Below the pieces are notes generated by a model. It made no database searches. It saw only the letters and a program-made list of their open reading frames with translations, and was not told the DNA's origin. Below, piece after piece: positions 23,279 to 34,828 of a DNA stretch of 64,000 bases (position 1 is its first letter; each line of letters begins with the position of its first letter). Source of the DNA: Setoptus koraiensis (taxonomy: Eukaryota; Animalia; Arthropoda). The DNA lies in contig CM106585.1 of the NCBI GenBank assembly GCA_048013815.1, positions 21,824,001 through 21,888,000 on the forward strand. The letters are read 5' to 3'. Made by a program: the position numbers and the translations under genes.

Positions 23279-26200
23279 TCACGTCTTTTTTTCGACATCT
23301 TCACTAGTCGAGTTAACCATGGTTGTGGGTGGCGCTTCAATTACAGAACCAACAGTGCTATCAAGTACAGTCGGCTTAGTGGGAGATACATTAGTGGTTG
23401 TAGGCGGAGCTTCATCAGGTTTGTTTGGGGGTATCACCGTCCGGTCACTACTAGTAGTAGCATCATGAGGGGGGGCTACAGTAGAAACAGAGTCGTTAGT
23501 AGACGCCGTCTGTACAGGTATTACAGGTGATGCTAGCGCTGGCAGTGGCTGCTGTTGCACGTCTGGTGCCGCTGCAGTTGCATTTGCTGCTGCTGGCCCC
23601 GTGGTATTGGTTGTGACTGCAATTGTTGCAGATGTCATCGGCGTTGTTGTTGTTGTCAATGTTGACGGTGTTGTTGCTGATATCGTCGGAGATGCTGTTG
23701 TTGGTGCTGACGGTGTTGTTGCTGATATCGTCGGTGCTGTTGTTGCTAGCGTTACAGGTGTTGCAATTGGCTGTGGTGTCAATTGGGCTGGTGGTGCCGC
23801 CGTGGTTGGCGCCTGTGTTGGTTGTTGCGACGGCAACAGTGCATGTGGTTGTGAAGGTAATGGAGTTGGTTGTGGGGCCGTTTGTGGTTGTGAGGTTATT
23901 GGTGGCTGGGGCGGTAGTTGGGATGGTTGTGGGGGTATCTGAGATGGTTGTGGGGGTATTTGAGATGGTTGTGGGAGCATCTGAGATGGTTGTGGGAGCA
24001 TCTGAGATGGTTGTGGTGGTATCTGAGATGGTTGTAGGGGTACCTGGGGTGGTTGTAGGGGTACCTGAGATGGTTGTGTTGGTATCTGAGATGGTTGTGG
24101 TGGTATTTGTGGTTGTAGCTGAGATGTTTGTTGGTGTATCTGAGATGGTTGTTGGGGTATCTGAGATGGTTGTTGGGGTATCTGAGATGGTTGTTGGGGT
24201 ATCTGAGATGGTTGTGGTGGTAGCTGAGATGGTTGAGGTGGTAGCTGAGATGGTTGTGGTGGTAGCTGAGATGGTTGTGGTGGTAGCTGAGATGGTTGTA
24301 GGGGTACCTGAGATGGTTGTGGTGGTAGCTGAGTTGGTTGTTGGGGTATCTGAGATGGTTGTGGTGGTATCTGAGATGGTTGCTGCGGTAATTGAGATGG
24401 TTGTGGTGGTAGTACTTGTGGTGGTATTTGTGGTGGTAGCTGAGATGGTTGCGGCGGTAGTTGGGATGGTTGTGGCGGTAGTTGGGATGGTTGAGGTGGT
24501 AGCTGAGACGGTTGTGACGGTAGCTGAGATGGTTGAGGTGGTAATTGAGATGGTTGTAGAGGTATTTGTGATGATTGTGGTGGTATTTGTGGTGGTATCT
24601 GCGGCGACTGTGGTAAATGTGGGGGTAGTTGCGTTTGTGGTGGTAGTTGAGATAGTTGAGGTGCTGCCTGAGATGGTTGAGGTGCTGCCTGAGATGGTTG
24701 TGGTACTGCCTGAGATGGTTGTGGTACTGCCTGAGATGGTTGTGGTACTGCCTGAGATGCTTGGGTTGGTAGATGTGGCTGTGGTTGTGATGGTAGCTGA
24801 GACGGTTGAGGTGGTATTTGTGATGGTTGAGGTGGTATTTGTGATGGTTGTAGTGGTATTTGTGATGATTGTGGCTGCACTAATTGTGGTAGTGCTGACG
24901 GTTGTGGCTGTATTTGTGGTAACTGCGGTTGTGGAGGTGGGAGTTGCGCTTGTGGTTGCTGAGTAGGGGGCGGACGAGCCCTGAGTCCAAAAGCCCGCAC
25001 TTGATCTAGATAAAATTGCTGGCGTTCGCGGAGCAATTGCTGTCGCTGTATTTCAAGACTCTCCCTTTCTTTATCCATCAATGCTTCTAGCTCCTCGAAG
25101 TGTTTCATCTTAAGTTCCAATTTTTTGAGTTGGGTATCTATTAATACAGACACTAATGTCTTGATCTTTTTCTCCTCAATGGAGGCCAAATGTTTGGCCT
25201 TGACGGCAGTTGCCCCCAAAACACATGCGGCTGATGTAGCTAAATTTTGATTCTGGGTCTGGTTTTGGTTCTGATTCTGATTTTGGTTGTGATTTTCGTT
25301 TTCATTTTCATCTCCATCATCATTCGAATATTCATTTAATGCAGCTTTTGCTGCTGCTGAGGCGACTCGAGGCTCTACGACCGATGCTAGAAACGCTACT
25401 GTTGACATAATTGGGTTGCCAGATTTTGAGAATGGTATAGGTTGATAGGCTAAGGGCCCGAGCTCAACGTCTTCAAGGAAGGGGTCTTCAATCGGAAGTC
25501 GAAGAAAATGTAAGATGCACTCCTCTTGCGTCCGACTGCCTACATGCTCGCAAACTCTGTTCCAGTCATCCTTGTAAAGTTCTATGCCTTCTAGTAGAGC
25601 TAAACTCTCAGCCTCGTCCCATTCGCGGGATGCAGTCTTTTTGGCGTACTGGTCTCGTTTGAGACAAAAGTTATTGGATTTGATTACGGCGCTATCTTTA
25701 ACTTGTTGTAGCTCGGTTTCGGGTGTAGATTTAAGTCCAGACGGAGAATCGACAACAAAATGAAAATGACTTGTTGACGGTGGGCCCATCGGTGCGGGGC
25801 GTGCTTCATTGGCTTGATAATTTATTAGGCCCCATTGTTCCAAGAATCCGTGAACTCTCATAATGGCGCAAACGTCGCCTGCAAGATTTCGCCTACATGC
25901 AGTAAGAGTTAAATACTCTGTTGGGTTCAATCGATAAGTATCGATGATAAAATTCCTGTATGCAATATAAACTTCTGGCGTTTTAGATTTATTTTTAAAA
26001 TTGAAAAATTCCGGCAGGGCCCTACGCTCAACGGCGTGTATGCTGTTGTAGTCGAACCATGCCGAATAGCTTGGGACAATAATAAGATTTGTTTGATCCG
26101 TTGCTTGGCCATCTTGATCCTCTTGTTGTGCAGGTGTGATTTTTGGAGAGGATGGTTGAGTGACACTGGCCAGACTACTATGCTGAGAATCGACATTTTC

Positions 26201-26572
26201 ATTGTGATTATTACTATTATTATTGTTGTTGTTGTTATTGTTATTATTGAGATTGATAGATTCGTTTGGAACATCCTGATCAGAATTGTTATGTATCTCC
26301 ATTGTATCTTCTATGTCTTTGGTTGTTGGGTCTTGTTCGGATTCTAAATCGCACGAATTGTGATTGTTAGAGCGTCCTCTCCTCTTTTTCTTTTCACTAT
26401 TTGTTTTACTGCTATTAGTGGCGGCAGCTGTTTTAGCCCTTTTAGCACGCTCCGTCGTATGGCTAGTTCCATTATTATCATTATGATTAGTTACATCATT
26501 GGTAGGTGTTGGGGGAGATTTCCTTTTCTCGGTTGCCACCGAAGCAGCCGGTGATGCTTGATTTTTTGGCAT
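23279..26572 (-). CDS. SMARCC2 (mor): SWI/SNF core subunit SMARCC1/2 (moira, BAF155/170)
   Basis: SWIRM ([16 protein letters not shown]...EQWGLINYQ), SANT (REW...[39 protein letters not shown]), [20 protein letters not shown], leucine zipper (AVKAKHLA...[16 protein letters not shown]), long P/Q tail. Intronless. Confidence 0.95.
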   Translation of the reverse strand: MPKNQASPAASVATEKRKSPPTPTNDVTNHNDNNGTSHTTERAKRAKTAAATNSSKTNSEKKKRRGRSNNHNSCDLESEQDPTTKDIEDTMEIHNNSDQDVPNESINLNNNNNNNNNNNSNNHNENVDSQHSSLASVTQPSSPKITPAQQEDQDGQATDQTNLIIVPSYSAWFDYNSIHAVERRALPEFFNFKNKSKTPEVYIAYRNFIIDTYRLNPTEYLTLTACRRNLAGDVCAIMRVHGFLEQWGLINYQANEARPAPMGPPSTSHFHFVVDSPSGLKSTPETELQQVKDSAVIKSNNFCLKRDQYAKKTASREWDEAESLALLEGIELYKDDWNRVCEHVGSRTQEECILHFLRLPIEDPFLEDVELGPLAYQPIPFSKSGNPIMSTVAFLASVVEPRVASAAAKAALNEYSNDDGDENENENHNQNQNQNQNQTQNQNLATSAACVLGATAVKAKHLASIEEKKIKTLVSVLIDTQLKKLELKMKHFEELEALMDKERESLEIQRQQLLRERQQFYLDQVRAFGLRARPPPTQQPQAQLPPPQPQLPQIQPQPSALPQLVQPQSSQIPLQPSQIPPQPSQIPPQPSQLPSQPQPHLPTQASQAVPQPSQAVPQPSQAVPQPSQAAPQPSQAAPQLSQLPPQTQLPPHLPQSPQIPPQIPPQSSQIPLQPSQLPPQPSQLPSQPSQLPPQPSQLPPQPSQLPPQPSQLPPQIPPQVLPPQPSQLPQQPSQIPPQPSQIPQQPTQLPPQPSQVPLQPSQLPPQPSQLPPQPSQLPPQPSQLPPQPSQIPQQPSQIPQQPSQIPQQPSQIHQQTSQLQPQIPPQPSQIPTQPSQVPLQPPQVPLQPSQIPPQPSQMLPQPSQMLPQPSQIPPQPSQIPPQPSQLPPQPPITSQPQTAPQPTPLPSQPHALLPSQQPTQAPTTAAPPAQLTPQPIATPVTLATTAPTISATTPSAPTTASPTISATTPSTLTTTTTPMTSATIAVTTNTTGPAAANATAAAPDVQQQPLPALASPVIPVQTASTNDSVSTVAPPHDATTSSDRTVIPPNKPDEAPPTTTNVSPTKPTVLDSTVGSVIEAPPTTMVNSTSEDVEKKT
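23930..24870 (-). repeat. Coding 21-bp minisatellite encoding ~40 PSQ(L/I)PPQ heptads in SMARCC
   Basis: Tandem units such as GAGATGGTTGTGGTGGTAGCT / GAGATGGTTGTTGGGGTATCT on the + strand. Confidence 0.9.
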
Positions 26573-27586
26573 CGTAATAATTGAATGGTTGATTGAATAC
26601 TATTATTCGATTTAGCAAATGATAATAAAAATACCAATGATTCAATATGATAATAATGATAGTGATGTTATTAATAATAATAATATCAATGATTTGATAA
26701 TGTGATAGAATAATTTTCCTGCGAGAAGGATTTTTTCTTTTCTTCTGTTGAAATTTTGTTCTCTTTCTCTCTCTCACAGTGAGTACCAACCAACCTATCG
26801 CATTTGTGCAGGGTGTAACACTCAACTAGCACCAAACGCACTGCCAACACTACAGTGCCCTCTACAATGCATTCTGTCAAATGAATGTTGGAGCCCACGG
26901 AGGCACAGTTTGTGTAAAAGCACACACCAGACGAAGTGAAAAGGCATATTGATGGCACACACAATATACTGAACGAACCTTTCACAAGCAGCACAAACGC
27001 CCGCCACCGAACGTTCTGTGCTCGTGAGTGGCACACGCTCGCTTGTGTGATTGCTAGTTGGCTGTTACACCCTATAGCTCAGAATGCTGAATTGTTCGCG
27101 AACAGTGGATGCTACGCAAGCACAGAGATCGCGCTAAAGCACACACTGCTGCTAATGCATAACGAATTTATCGCAGACACACACACATACAGGCAGCCTG
27201 TGATACAGTCATTTTGTGTGTGTGTGTGTGTGTGAGCGTGAGTGTGTGTGAGTGAGTGTGTGTGTGTGAGTGAGTGTGTGTGAGAGAGCGAGAGAGAGAG
27301 GGAGAGAGACAGCGACAGAAAGAGCAAGGTTTTTCCAATACGTCTACACCTGCTTGGAGGAGAATCCGCAAGAGGCGCTGGCAACGCTCTAGAAATGCAC
27401 AACCAAGCACAGAGTGTTCTCATAAAAGTTTCCAGTTTTGGCTCACGCACAACAGAGACAATCACAACAGCAGCACCACTGTGGTACTGCAGACGGAGAG
27501 AAATCAGTTGGACAATGTGCGCTTTTGGCGCACAGCAGCATTCTCCACGCAGTGACAAGGCAATGGAAATGACTATTGTGCGCGCA

Positions 27587-28260
27587 CCCCCTCCCTCTCC
27601 CCCCTCAATCTCCTAAGTCCTGTGTGCGGATTTTCCAATGTCCCTGCACCGGGTTGAAAAAAAATCCGACAGGGCGGCGCTATTCAGCTCTCTGCAAGCA
27701 GTGTGAGCGAGTATCAGTCGTTCCTGAGGTGTATCTGCCAGGTTTCCAAAAGCCAGGTACAGGGAGTTGTAGGAAAGGCGGCTCGTGCGCACAGTGGCTT
27801 TGGACTGAGCTAAACCAAGCAATCAAGAGAAGAAAATATTTAATGAAACACTCTCAGCTCGGCTGCGCATTTTCGCCAGATGCCAGCGCCTCTGGCGGAT
27901 TTCTTTTTAACCTGGTGTAGGTTCATAGAAAACAGTGCACACAGTACCAACGGCAGGGCCATCCTCAGAGAGAATGCGCTCGAGTGGCACTGTAGCATAT
28001 AGCAGACACACAGAGCACACTGTGAGCGAACGAGATGCCAAAGGCAAAGACCCGGGCCAGCAACGAATAATAGAGCCAATACCGCCGATTTTGAACGACC
28101 TTAAACTCTTATAGTGATCGGGGAGACGCATCTCCCCTATGCCGCCCGTCGCTTCTCTCCCCGCCCGCCGATCATGGACCTCTCGACCATCGTGAGGGGA
28201 GAGCGGCTCCCAATCTCCCCCGAACAGCTAAAACTCTACTCAACAGAGAATGGGAGAGGT
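27587..28260 (-). mobile_element. Possible decayed LTR-retroelement gag fragment with a polypurine tract
   Basis: GC-rich island. Minus-strand peptide SYNSLYLAFGNLADTPQERLILAHTACRELNSAALSDFFSTRCRDIG loosely resembles retrotransposon Gag. It is followed by a 20-nt purine tract (27606-27587) and then TG. No matching second LTR was found. Confidence 0.25.
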
Positions 28261-28600
28261 CCCATATAAAGAATTCTTTTCTTCTTTCTGTTCTCTCTGC
28301 TCTTCACTTTTCGTTCGCCAGCTCGAACATGTCTCAGTTTTAATAGAGATATTATTCGCAGGGATATAGAAGCACCGTGCTTAATCCCAACCTAGATCGC
28401 ACGGTTTTATGTTTACTAATAGAATAATCAATTAGTATTAGTTGACGATGCGTCGATGCAACAGGTATGGTTTCAATTAATTTAGCCTCTGAATGTTTTA
28501 TTGTTTATCAACTATTGTCCAACAAACAAACTATTCACTGCGCATCTACTACTGCTGCACTCTAGGATTATTTATAATCGCACTTAATCGCAAATTAAAA

Positions 28601-28990
28601 ATGAATCTTACCTCAAGCAAACATAGCAAAAGAACTGCCTCGGTCAAACCCATATCCGCCCAAGATCAGCACACTATCGATTCTGCCATATCACTAGCCA
28701 AAGAAATAGCCTCAAAGAGTATGCTTGAAATGGGTGACTCTAGCAGTAATCATGACGACAGTCCACGAACTCCAACATCACCAGACAAGAAGAAAACATT
28801 CCATTTTAGATTCAAGCACTTGTGCAGGAATTTTAGCGAGGCCTCGGCCAACATACCTGATGTGCAATCATCGATCACTAAAGAGGCTAAGCTCGCGTAT
28901 GATTCCCTCGTAGAGAAAGGAATGTTAAATTCTAACAGGACCAATGATCTACTCAAAAATTTTCCAGAAAGAACCGTTACACAGAAATAA
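28601..28990 (+). CDS. 129-aa ORF resembling an internal non-catalytic segment of arthropod Ack-like kinase PR2
   Basis: Protein-like composition. Motifs IDSAISLAKEIASKSMLE, SPRTPTSPDKKKTFHFRF and RNFSEASANIPDVQSSITKEAKLAYDSLVE match my recollection of PR2/Ack-like segments (unverified). Confidence 0.45.
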   Translation: MNLTSSKHSKRTASVKPISAQDQHTIDSAISLAKEIASKSMLEMGDSSSNHDDSPRTPTSPDKKKTFHFRFKHLCRNFSEASANIPDVQSSITKEAKLAYDSLVEKGMLNSNRTNDLLKNFPERTVTQK

Positions 28991-29232
28991 AACTGTCAAT
29001 AACTAATAAAAAAGTAAAATAAAATTTTTTTACATATTTTAAATAACGCGCCAGAGATTTTTTTTTATAGTGTGTATGAAGAATACGGAGTCATCACATC
29101 TGACAAACTACACTATCGATTAGTAATTCAACTACGATAAGCCACAGTTGTTTGTGCTATTGTTTTTGTGGCCTCTTGAATAATTTTTTTATCATTTATA
29201 GATATAATACTATCATTTGAAACTCCTTTAGC

Positions 29233-29850
29233 ATGGCAAATAAAAGTTATGATTATCTATTTAAATTATTATTGATTGGTGACTCTGGCGTGGGGAAAAC
29301 ATGTATACTATTCAAGTTTAGCGAGGATACATTCAGTCCAGCCTTTATATCAACCATCGGAATAGATTTTAAAATTAGGACAATAGAAGTTGATGGAAAA
29401 AAGATAAAATTGCAGGTCTGGGACACAGCCGGACAAGAGAGATTTCGTACAATCACTACTGCCTATTACCGTGGTGCTATGGGCATCATGTTGGTCTATG
29501 ATGTTTCAAATCAAAAGAGTTTTGAGAACATAAGCAATTGGATCCGAAATATAGAGATGCACGCAACTCAAGATGTAGAGATGATGATATTAGGCAACAA
29601 GTGCGATATTTCAGATAAAAGACAAGTGTCAAAAGAAAAAGGTGAACAACTTGCATTACAACACAGTATAAAATTTATGGAGACAAGCGCCAAGGCCAAC
29701 ATAAACATCGAAGAAGCTTTTACTACTCTCGCCAGGGATATCAAGTTGAAGATGGAGAAGAAGATTGAAAACTCTAATCTGAATAGAGGCTATCAGTTAA
29801 GTAAAGATGATCCATCCAAAAGAAAGACAAGGTTTTGTGGTCTATTTTAA
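29233..29850 (+). CDS. Rab8: Rab8 small GTPase
   Basis: [72 protein letters not shown]-terminal CAAX (CGLF). Intronless. Confidence 0.93.
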   Translation: MANKSYDYLFKLLLIGDSGVGKTCILFKFSEDTFSPAFISTIGIDFKIRTIEVDGKKIKLQVWDTAGQERFRTITTAYYRGAMGIMLVYDVSNQKSFENISNWIRNIEMHATQDVEMMILGNKCDISDKRQVSKEKGEQLALQHSIKFMETSAKANINIEEAFTTLARDIKLKMEKKIENSNLNRGYQLSKDDPSKRKTRFCGLF

Positions 29851-30608
29851 GGTTGAGCAGGTGGAAACCAATATGGCGTCATACCGGTGCTGGGCGAAGG
29901 TACTTGACCTATGGCGTGGTAGCCATGAGGCGCGGTCAACCAGTAACCCAATGGGGCTGCCGCTTGTGGATGGTAAGGTATTGCTGGATGGATATGATAC
30001 GGAAATACTGAACGCGGATTATACTGATGATATGCGTTAGGATTGGGATATGCAAATGCGGGGGCATGGTTGGCACCAGGTCCCAGTCGTTGAAATGTAG
30101 AATTCGTAGCTTGACTTGCTGGAGGAGGCTTCTCGGAGTGTCCAACATTATGGTTTGCTTGATTATAGTTATGGTTGTGTTGTCCATGATGAATTACCGG
30201 CGACATATTGACGTTCATTGATATCGCGGGGCTTGAAGAGGCAATTGCTGGCAATGAAGTGTTTTGTGAGTAGTGAGGCGAACCATTTGATAGACTTTTT
30301 GGCCCATGAGATAGAGTATCAGGAGGACAGTTCTTACCCCATGAACATCTGACTATTTGACCACGAAATTCAGTACTATTAACTTCCATAATTGCTCTAG
30401 TTGCAGAATATTTGTCTAGGAATTTAATAAATCCAAATCCCCTCTCTTTGAATACTCTCATATCTACAATTCTGCCATATTTAGTGAATTTTTGCCTTAG
30501 AACGTCTTCGTTTAAGCCGTTCATAATACCACCAACATAGACTGTACAATTTGTTGGAGCCGATTGATGGTAAACTTCATGGAAGGTCAGTTGTTTCGAT
30601 TGATTCAT
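29847..30608 (-). CDS. TIA1-like: TIA1/TIAR (Rox8)-like protein with RRM3 and a Q/N/Y/P prion-like tail only
   Basis: [23 protein letters not shown]...[13 protein letters not shown]...A.RAIMEVN...[10 protein letters not shown] matches TIA1 RRM3 and its preceding linker. Low-complexity C-terminus. Confidence 0.8.
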   Translation of the reverse strand: MNQSKQLTFHEVYHQSAPTNCTVYVGGIMNGLNEDVLRQKFTKYGRIVDMRVFKERGFGFIKFLDKYSATRAIMEVNSTEFRGQIVRCSWGKNCPPDTLSHGPKSLSNGSPHYSQNTSLPAIASSSPAISMNVNMSPVIHHGQHNHNYNQANHNVGHSEKPPPASQATNSTFQRLGPGANHAPAFAYPNPNAYHQYNPRSVFPYHIHPAIPYHPQAAAPLGYWLTAPHGYHAIGQVPSPSTGMTPYWFPPAQP

Positions 30609-30808
30609 TATATGACGAGATTTGATCTTAGGTTGATAATTAATCTTACAATATATAAAGCTCTCTCATGAGTACCATATCCGTGACTCAAGATAAATGT
30701 ATATATTTATATAAATTTATTTTTTGTATTTGTGTAAATAATTTAATGTGTAATAATTGTTGTAAGTGTGTCTGTGTTCATGTGTGCAAGTGTGAGTGAA
30801 CGGCTATA

Positions 30809-31193
30809 TAGGGTGGCCGCGTATAAACGGCAACCACACTCAACTAACACACTCTGGCTTCCACAGTGCATTCGTATCAAAATGTGCAGCACAATTTTAA
30901 ATTTTATGAAAGTAAATTCTCGCGTGCTCGAGCAGTCCAGCAAACTCTATCGGGCACAAGTATGAATCTCGTACACTGATTGATGCAGTCTTGCACAACA
31001 TGTACCCAATTTGAGTCTGTGCTTTCGCCGATAGTCACACCAAAATTAGTTTGATGTTTCGGATAGGTGGCAGTGTTGCATTGCAGCCAATATTCGCCTT
31101 GGCAATTGAAGCGACTTCTGCAGGAAAAATTTTACATTGCCAGCAACAATTCACAATTGTCAGTGTAGTTGCCGACTTGACGCGGCCACCCTA
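30809..31193. mobile_element. MITE-like element (385 bp), same family as 2242-2618, opposite orientation
   Basis: Perfect 14-bp TIR TAGGGTGGCCGCGT / ACGCGGCCACCCTA, extending imperfectly to ~32 bp. TA flanks at 30807-08 and 31194-95. Subterminal motif CTTCCACAGTGCAT at 30858-30871. Confidence 0.8.
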
Positions 31194-31361
31194 TATTTGT
31201 TGTGCGTGTGTGTGTGTGTGTGTGTGTGTTTGTGAGCGTTTGCATTTGTGTCTGTTGTGTGTTTTGTTATACATATGAATATGTATATTACATGTATTAC
31301 ATACACTGAAATGTGGTGCGCTGTTTGGCGCTGGTTTGCCACCAATTCCAAATATTTCCTA

Positions 31362-31693
31362 CAGGAGTCGCCTCGGTTACGGATGCGAACGTTTTTGTAA
31401 TACAACAGCGCTCTCTGTTTGTAACATCGAACTAACAACTTGGTGCAACTGTGTCAGCAAGAGCACACACGAAAAGCACAGGCGCATCTCGGGCACAAGT
31501 TGTGCATCGCTAGCCATCAACTGTGGTGACATTAATCAGACCTGTGCCTCATTGAATTTGCCTGACTTTTCAAGCGCATCATATTACACGAGCACGGAAC
31601 TCAAACCTGTGCGGCACAAACTCGTGACTATGCACTGTGGAAGGTACAGCAGAACATTTGAGCGTAGTAACCCTTTCTCAGGCTGCCACCCTG
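31362..31693. mobile_element. Third, more degenerate MITE-like copy (right end clear, left end uncertain)
   Basis: Right end GGCTGCCACCCTG|TA (31681-31695), with ATGCACTGTGGAAGG at 31630-31644, exactly 49 nt inside as in the first element. Putative left end TA|CAGGAG at 31360-31367 is weak. Confidence 0.55.
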
Positions 31694-32929
31694 TACCAGC
31701 ACAATGAGACCAAGTTGTCAACTTCTCGTTGCTGCTCAATTTCTTGCTGACAACACCATTAGTAAATTTGTAAAATACATCCAGATCAAACTAATCTAAT
31801 GAGTGCTCTGCATATCCCCTTATGCTTAAAATTGATTGCTTGCAACCCCTTTGCTGTGTGCATTTAGCTGTGTCTCCTGAGCCGGATCTTCTCGTCTCTG
31901 AGCTTGACGGTGGCGCGCTGCAGGGGATTCGGCTAGACCGGAAGCCAGGGTACGAGCGGGGCCCCGATTGATAGCTGCCACCTGCGAGCCCCCGGATTGT
32001 TTGCTGGATATTTCAGCTTGTGTTGCGATTGACACAGCCTAGGCACGTCGCAATAACCTTGCAACAGGTCTGGATACTATGTGTTCATTGGACAGTATAT
32101 TCATAGTGAATGTCAACGCAGTTATCAACTCCTTGACACAAACTCTGCTCTCAACGACACATTTGGCGTCCTATCGGAAACAAGATGTGTGCAAGAGTGA
32201 ATATCTCACATAAGTTGTGACATAACCCTGCCCTCTGTCATAGTATTGCCTTCTTACAAGCTATAACTGCCCTCTATAGTCAATTCAATATTTCAGAGGT
32301 ACCGGATGATGTTGGGCAAGAGCGGGTGTGATTATCTGCTATTGAATAAAGGGACAGACCAACATAGAGCCTCTAGTGATCAAAGAGATTATCGACACTA
32401 AAAACTCTTTCTGCACCGTTGCATCAACTCTAATCCCTAACTGAAATCATTGACATTATCACAGTATTGCCATTTTTATGGAAGCACTCACTGAACCCCT
32501 AAGCACCAACTAAGCTCGAATTGGACTTGAGAATTGTCGGCCGAAGAAAGGGCCCAATATGTGTGTTATCGACAATCAAATACGTTATATAAGTCTCTCT
32601 ACATGTACCTCATGTGTCGCTCCAAATGAATTCGCTGAAATAAGTTGATAAGTTGAGTGCAATGGATGGGCTGAATAGATAGAACTCCGTAGGTTTGTTT
32701 TCAACGAGATTCTATTTATTGATTTAACTTCTATTATATTAGAAACTCCTGTCATGAAAGTTGAGAATACAATAAAGTTGTCTTCTATCACGCAATCCAC
32801 TACTAATACTATTAATAGCCGCCACTAGCTAGCGCAAAATTTGCTGCTGCAATCATCTCAGGCTCTTATTACATTTTGTTGGTGTCCTCTTTCTTGTTGT
32901 CGCTGGTGCGTCTGCTTATGTGAGCCTAC

Positions 32930-33504
32930 TCAACTGCTGGCTCGTTTCTGCTGATCCTCAATGGGACCTGTTCGCAAACGATTGTCCGCAATTGGTTTCT
33001 GCATGGGAGCCCCAATGAGGAGCGCACTGTATGGTGCTAATGTTGACTCGATCGCCTCTTGTTTACAATCGGCTGGCAACTTGAGCCATCTCACTGTAAT
33101 TCACTCTTGTGATAAGGCTCGTTCTCGGGGGATTCTGGCTTGGCCTTCACTACTAGATTATCATCGTACAATCTAACATCTATCGCCGCTGGTTTGTATT
33201 GAGGCACATAAATGATCATTCGCAGATTGCCTTCCTCTGCGCGAGTTTCTTTCATCCTGGCTGCCACCAGCACGCGCCCCAGTTCAGATTGGTATTGTCA
33301 ATTGGTAGCACTGATACTGTCCATTGCATTCTACAATTCATTGAGGACCTGATCAAATGATAGAATAGTTTGTTTTGGTAGTGATTGAGAGCCACGATGA
33401 ACTCTCCGATTGGTTGGCGGCGGCGATGTAATTGAAGCGATAATAAGTCCAAAACCAATGCCATCGTCGAAAAATGGACCTAGCTCCCTCTCTGGTAGAG
33501 ACAT
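32930..33504 (-). pseudogene. Small heat-shock (alpha-crystallin domain) pseudogene
   Basis: ATG at 33504 reads MSLPERELGPFFDDGIGFGL...NEL*NAMDSISATN*...NLRMIIYVPQYKPAAIDVRLYDDNLVVKAKPE...SELQ*. After a 1-nt frameshift near 33100 it continues RWLKLPADCKQEAIESTLAPYSALLIGAPMQKP...SS*. This is an alpha-crystallin pattern with 2 internal stops and 1 frameshift. Confidence 0.7.
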
Positions 33505-33989
33505 TGTGATTGATGGCTGGCTAGTCCTTAGTGGGATGTTGATTAAATGCTAAACTATGAGTGATAGTGAGTGATTGGCTTGTCTGTTTGGCTTGTCGTT
33601 GTTGTTGTTTGATTTTTGATTGATGCAACTTGTATTGCTTCCAACCATGGCTAGGTTTGTTCGCTCAAAGATGGTTGCTTCATGCTGTTCTTACTGCAAT
33701 TATAATGAACGCGGAAATCGGGCCAATTGTACACTGGATTACGAACAACATGGTGAAAAATATCGCTAACTTTCGCCCTCATCAGAGCAAAATCAGCACA
33801 CACATTTCAAGAGATACCATCCCTTAGCAGTACTATTCATGAATATCTACTTCTGCGTTGGATTCTAAGGAGAAAGGACAGTTTCTCCTTCGAAGACTTT
33901 AAGACACAAAAATTCGAAGAATCTTTGCAAAGTTCACGTAAAATCTTTTTCATGCAGCTTAATCGCGAATATCCGTGAAAATACTAGTT

Positions 33990-34640
33990 AATTCATTCAA
34001 TCATCATGATAAACATCCATGAGGATGTATCTCGAGTTCTTTTTCGGTACCTCAATGCAACCTTCGGGCTCTTTTCCGTGCTCGCTATTCCATTGGTTAT
34101 AGTGCAAAAGGCCCCTCCGCAAGGAGCAGTAGAGTCAGATAAAATTGTAATGAAACACTATCCAAGGTATTCGGTGGCATGTAGTCACGTAACAGCAAAC
34201 ATGGGCAGTTATCTTTCTGAGACTTTTATATGATGTAAAAGTCTGGAGTTTTGTTTTAATTGATCATTATTTGCCAACTTTAGTCTATTCTGCTTGGAAC
34301 AATCGGTTAAAACGGGTCCTCGATCATAGCGGAAATCTCTCTCCTGTACAAATTGAGGACTTTGCCAGTTATGTTGGAAGAGACCCCATTGTAGAATTAG
34401 AGAGTACAAGGCGCAATGTGAAATATCCCAACTCGATGTTCACCAACCTAACGAGGACAATCATTATGTAACACGCCTAACAACGATATTGTGCTGGATG
34501 GCTGCAGAGTGCAGCTTGTTAATAGCACCAAGCTGGCCGGGAGCAACCGAGTAATCAAGCTATCAAGCTCGTTTATTGTAACTCTGTCAGTATAATCAAC
34601 AGAAATTGGACAAGACTTGGCCTCGAGTCCATTAGGCTCA
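33990..34640 (+). mobile_element. Possible highly decayed non-LTR retrotransposon RT remnant
   Basis: Stop-interrupted frames contain PQGAV (cf. RT GxPQGS) and IVLDGCRVQLVNSTKL (cf. post-RT I.L.G..I..V...KYLG). Resemblance is weak. Confidence 0.2.
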
Positions 34641-34828
34641 ACGAGATAAAATGCCAAAACAAATTATGGGTGCTTGTTAATTTGTCTGTTGTTTCAGTTT
34701 AATTTAAAGTTTAATAGTGTCTAGTTTTTCTTGATGGGTGTTGGATGTAAATAAAAGATTTTCATCTCCTGTAGGAAGATTTTCGTTGGTCTTATCATGT
34801 GATCATCAGTATAGTTTGTCTGTTTATC

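Noticed and set aside
23601-24966. 447-aa and 113-aa V/E/M-rich ORFs on the + strand
   Set aside because: Antisense shadow of the SMARCC 21-bp coding repeat; the absence of stops follows from the repeat unit.
31826-32200. Minus-strand reading frame with an internal stop (MSIATQAE... and upstream)
   Set aside because: No RRM or other recognisable homology, so it cannot be assigned as TIA1 exons or a pseudogene.
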